A stretch of DNA of 64,000 bases from the NCBI GenBank assembly GCA_963662545.2, contig CAXXLL010000003.1, forward strand, positions 448,001-512,000. Direction: 5' to 3'. Every line of letters begins with the position of its first letter. Position 1 is the first letter of the stretch. A program made the position numbers and the translations under genes. Source of the DNA: Gammaproteobacteria bacterium. GTDB taxonomy: Bacteria > Pseudomonadota > Gammaproteobacteria > Ga0077536. Below are positions 61,571 to 64,000 of this stretch, one piece after another. The notes under the pieces were generated by a model. It had not been told where the DNA came from. It searched no databases and saw nothing but the letters and a program-made list of their open reading frames with translations.

Positions 61571-63250
61571 ATGAATTCCACAACCAAGCCAACACCCGTC
61601 AATTTCATACGCGGCATCATCGATTCCGACCAGGCCAGTGGAAAACACGACGGCCGTGTTGCAACGAGGTTTCCTCCGGAACCGAACGGCTACCTCCACA
61701 TTGGACATGCTAAGTCCATCTGCCTCAACTTCGGTACTGCCTTGGCTTATGGAGGTAACTGCAATCTGCGCTTCGACGACACGAACCCGGACAAGGAAAG
61801 CGAAGAATACACCGACGCGATCAAGGAGGACGTTAAGTGGTTGGGATTTGCCTGGGAGGACCGCTTATTTCACGCGTCGGACTACTTCGAACGGTTGTAT
61901 GCCTACGCCTGCGACCTGATATCAGCAAGCAAGGCGTACGTGGATAGTCTGACGGCGGACGAAATCAGGCAATTCCGCGGAACTTTGACCGAGAGCGGAC
62001 GCGACAGCCCATATCGGAACCGCAGCGTCGAAGAAAACTTGACTCTTTTCGAACGCATGCGCAATGGCGAATTCGAGGAAGGTGCACATGTACTGCGCGC
62101 TAAGATCGACATGGGCTCACCCAACATCAACATGCGCGATCCAACGCTATACCGCATTCGGAAATCTGTTCATCACCGCACGGGTGAACATTGGAAGATC
62201 TATCCGTTGTATGACTATACGCATTGTGTGTCCGATGCACTGGAGCGCATAACGCATTCCTTGTGCACACTCGAATTTGAAGATCATCGGCCATTGTACG
62301 ACTGGGTCCTCGATCATCTAGATGTACCTTGCCACCCTCAGCAGATCGAATTCGCGCGCCTCGAGCTCAATTTCACGATTACCAGCAAGCGCAAACTGCT
62401 GGAGTTGGTAGAAGAAGGCCATGTTTCGGGATGGGACGATCCTCGCCTGCCAACCTTGAAAGGAATGCGACGCAGAGGATATCCGCCGGCGGCGATTCGG
62501 AATTTTTGCGATCGCGTTGGGGTAACCAAGAAGCAGACCGTCATCGATATGGGCGTACTCGAGAATTGCGTCCGCGAAGAACTCGATCGGACCGCACCAC
62601 GCGCAATGGTGGTTCTTGATCCGGTCAAACTCGTCATTGGTAATTTCCCAGAAGACGAAGTCGAATGGCTGGGCATACCGAATCATCCTAAAAATGAATC
62701 CTTCGGTAGGCGCCAGATTCCATTAACGCGCGAGATCTATATTGAGCGCAACGACTTCATGATCGATCCGCCGAAAAAATTTTACCGGCTCTCACCCGGC
62801 ACCGAAGTGCGCCTTCGAAATGCTTACGTCATTCGCTGCGAGAAAGTATTGACCGACGAGCACGGCGACATCCGCGAACTGCATTGCTTTTACGATCCGG
62901 ACACCGCCGGCGGTACCACGCCGGATGGGCGCAAGGTGAAGGGAATTATTCACTGGGTTTCGTGCGCATACGGGAAGCCGGTTGAGATCCGGCTTTTTGA
63001 CCGGCTGTTCGATGTGCCGGACCCGGGTGCCGAGGAAGATTTTCGGACCTGCCTGAACCCGGATTCGATGCAGGTCATCGAGCAGGCCATTGCCGAGCCT
63101 TCGATTATCGACGGTGATGTTCTCGTCTACCAGTTTGAGCGCGTCGGGTATTTCAGCCGCGACGAGGAAAGCACCGCGCAATCACCCGTGTTCAATCGCA
63201 CGGTCAGCTTGCGCGACACATGGTCGAAGCTGGCTAGCGGACGGCGCTGA
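61571..63250 (+). CDS. glnS: glutamine--tRNA ligase
   Basis: [34 protein letters not shown] and QFER.GYF. Confidence 0.97.
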   Translation: MNSTTKPTPVNFIRGIIDSDQASGKHDGRVATRFPPEPNGYLHIGHAKSICLNFGTALAYGGNCNLRFDDTNPDKESEEYTDAIKEDVKWLGFAWEDRLFHASDYFERLYAYACDLISASKAYVDSLTADEIRQFRGTLTESGRDSPYRNRSVEENLTLFERMRNGEFEEGAHVLRAKIDMGSPNINMRDPTLYRIRKSVHHRTGEHWKIYPLYDYTHCVSDALERITHSLCTLEFEDHRPLYDWVLDHLDVPCHPQQIEFARLELNFTITSKRKLLELVEEGHVSGWDDPRLPTLKGMRRRGYPPAAIRNFCDRVGVTKKQTVIDMGVLENCVREELDRTAPRAMVVLDPVKLVIGNFPEDEVEWLGIPNHPKNESFGRRQIPLTREIYIERNDFMIDPPKKFYRLSPGTEVRLRNAYVIRCEKVLTDEHGDIRELHCFYDPDTAGGTTPDGRKVKGIIHWVSCAYGKPVEIRLFDRLFDVPDPGAEEDFRTCLNPDSMQVIEQAIAEPSIIDGDVLVYQFERVGYFSRDEESTAQSPVFNRTVSLRDTWSKLASGRR

Positions 63251-63285
63251 AAATCGGTCGCGGGCCGCAGGTGAACGCGGTCGCG

Positions 63286-64000
63286 TTATCGGTCGGTACG
63301 GCGGTCATCCGCCGTCTTTGTTAATTTCTCCGCGAGCGTCCAGACGCCGTCCCAATCGTCCGCCGGGCCGTGTTCCTGATAATGCAGGGCGCGCTCGCGG
63401 AACAGCCGGCTCGGCCGATCGGTTCGATCCGCCTCGATGGCCATCTCGAAATGCCTGACGGCGTCCGACCAGGAGCGTTCACGATAGCTGGCGATACCGC
63501 TCGCAAAGTGTTTCATAATCGAGGACTCGGATGCCGGTATGGCTTCAGAGGAGAGGCCGCGTACTTCGACAAGAGGAATCGGCTCTAGCCTGCCCTTGAC
63601 CCGGATCAGATCCAGTTCCCGCATGCGATACTCACCGTGCAGCAGGTCCCGCGTTGCTCCGCTGATCAGGATGCCGGTTCCAAGCTGCTTGTTGGCCGAT
63701 TCGAGTCTGGCCGCAATGTTCACGCTGTCGCCAATGACCGTGTAGTCCATACGACGCGCCGAACCAATGTTGCCAGCGACGACATCGCCTGAGTTGATGC
63801 CTATTCTGATTTCGAATTCGGGCCGTCCCTCGCTGTGCCGTCGCTGATTGAGCGCGGCCAGCACCTGCTGCATGCGAATCGCCACCTTGACTGCGTTGTC
63901 GGCATCCTCGGGAGACGGGAACGGCGTCCCGAAGACGGCCATGATGGCGTCACCGATGTACTTGTCGAGAATGCCGTGGTATTCGAACACCAGCTCGACC
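63286..64000 (-). CDS. class III adenylate cyclase, C-terminal part (runs off the window)
   Basis: DKYIGDAIM, RIGINSG, DYTVIGDSVNIAARLES (Lys/Asp ATP-specifying pair) and a TPR-like tail ending WDGVW. Confidence 0.9.
   Translation of the reverse strand, partial: VELVFEYHGILDKYIGDAIMAVFGTPFPSPEDADNAVKVAIRMQQVLAALNQRRHSEGRPEFEIRIGINSGDVVAGNIGSARRMDYTVIGDSVNIAARLESANKQLGTGILISGATRDLLHGEYRMRELDLIRVKGRLEPIPLVEVRGLSSEAIPASESSIMKHFASGIASYRERSWSDAVRHFEMAIEADRTDRPSRLFRERALHYQEHGPADDWDGVWTLAEKLTKTADDRRTDR

Noticed and set aside
63286-64000. Cyclase plus CNB-domain proteins as a Pycsar/CBASS-like defence system
   Set aside because: The cyclase has ordinary ATP-specifying residues and a TPR-like tail; there is no adjacent TIR/TM effector and the context is housekeeping

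Overview
A GC-rich chromosomal window from a probable gammaproteobacterium (rpsF-rpsR-DUF2232-rplI-dnaB-alr-radA order, rnr-rlmB divergent from tRNA-Leu(CAG), CTGT-N8-ACAG SOS boxes). 0-16.4 kb is housekeeping DNA. After tRNA-Leu comes an accessory region (16.4-36.6 kb) with gdhA, rhlE, an MMPL-cNMP/LolA-like pair, several gene remnants, and two tandem three-gene N,N-dimethylformamidase-like modules. In each module the third gene looks like a divergent second small subunit. 36.8-51.1 kb is a near-complete bacterial sphingolipid locus of the Caulobacter type: FAAL-cerR-acp-spt, ceramide synthase, head-group nucleotidyl- and CDP-alcohol transferases, and dedicated LptF/LptG/LptA-like genes. It carries an extra LpxO-like hydroxylase, has no soluble ceramide kinase, and its spt is frameshifted as written. 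Next are lexA-imuA-imuB without dnaE2, dgkA, a kinase-cNMP protein, a large PilZ-DUF1631-degenerate GGDEF/EAL protein, glnS and a partial adenylate cyclase. Several non-autonomous inverted-repeat elements are present; one has inserted in frame into imuA and adds exactly 60 residues. The frameshifts in rpsF, ridA and spt may be assembly artefacts. All family calls come from motif recognition by eye, not from database searches.
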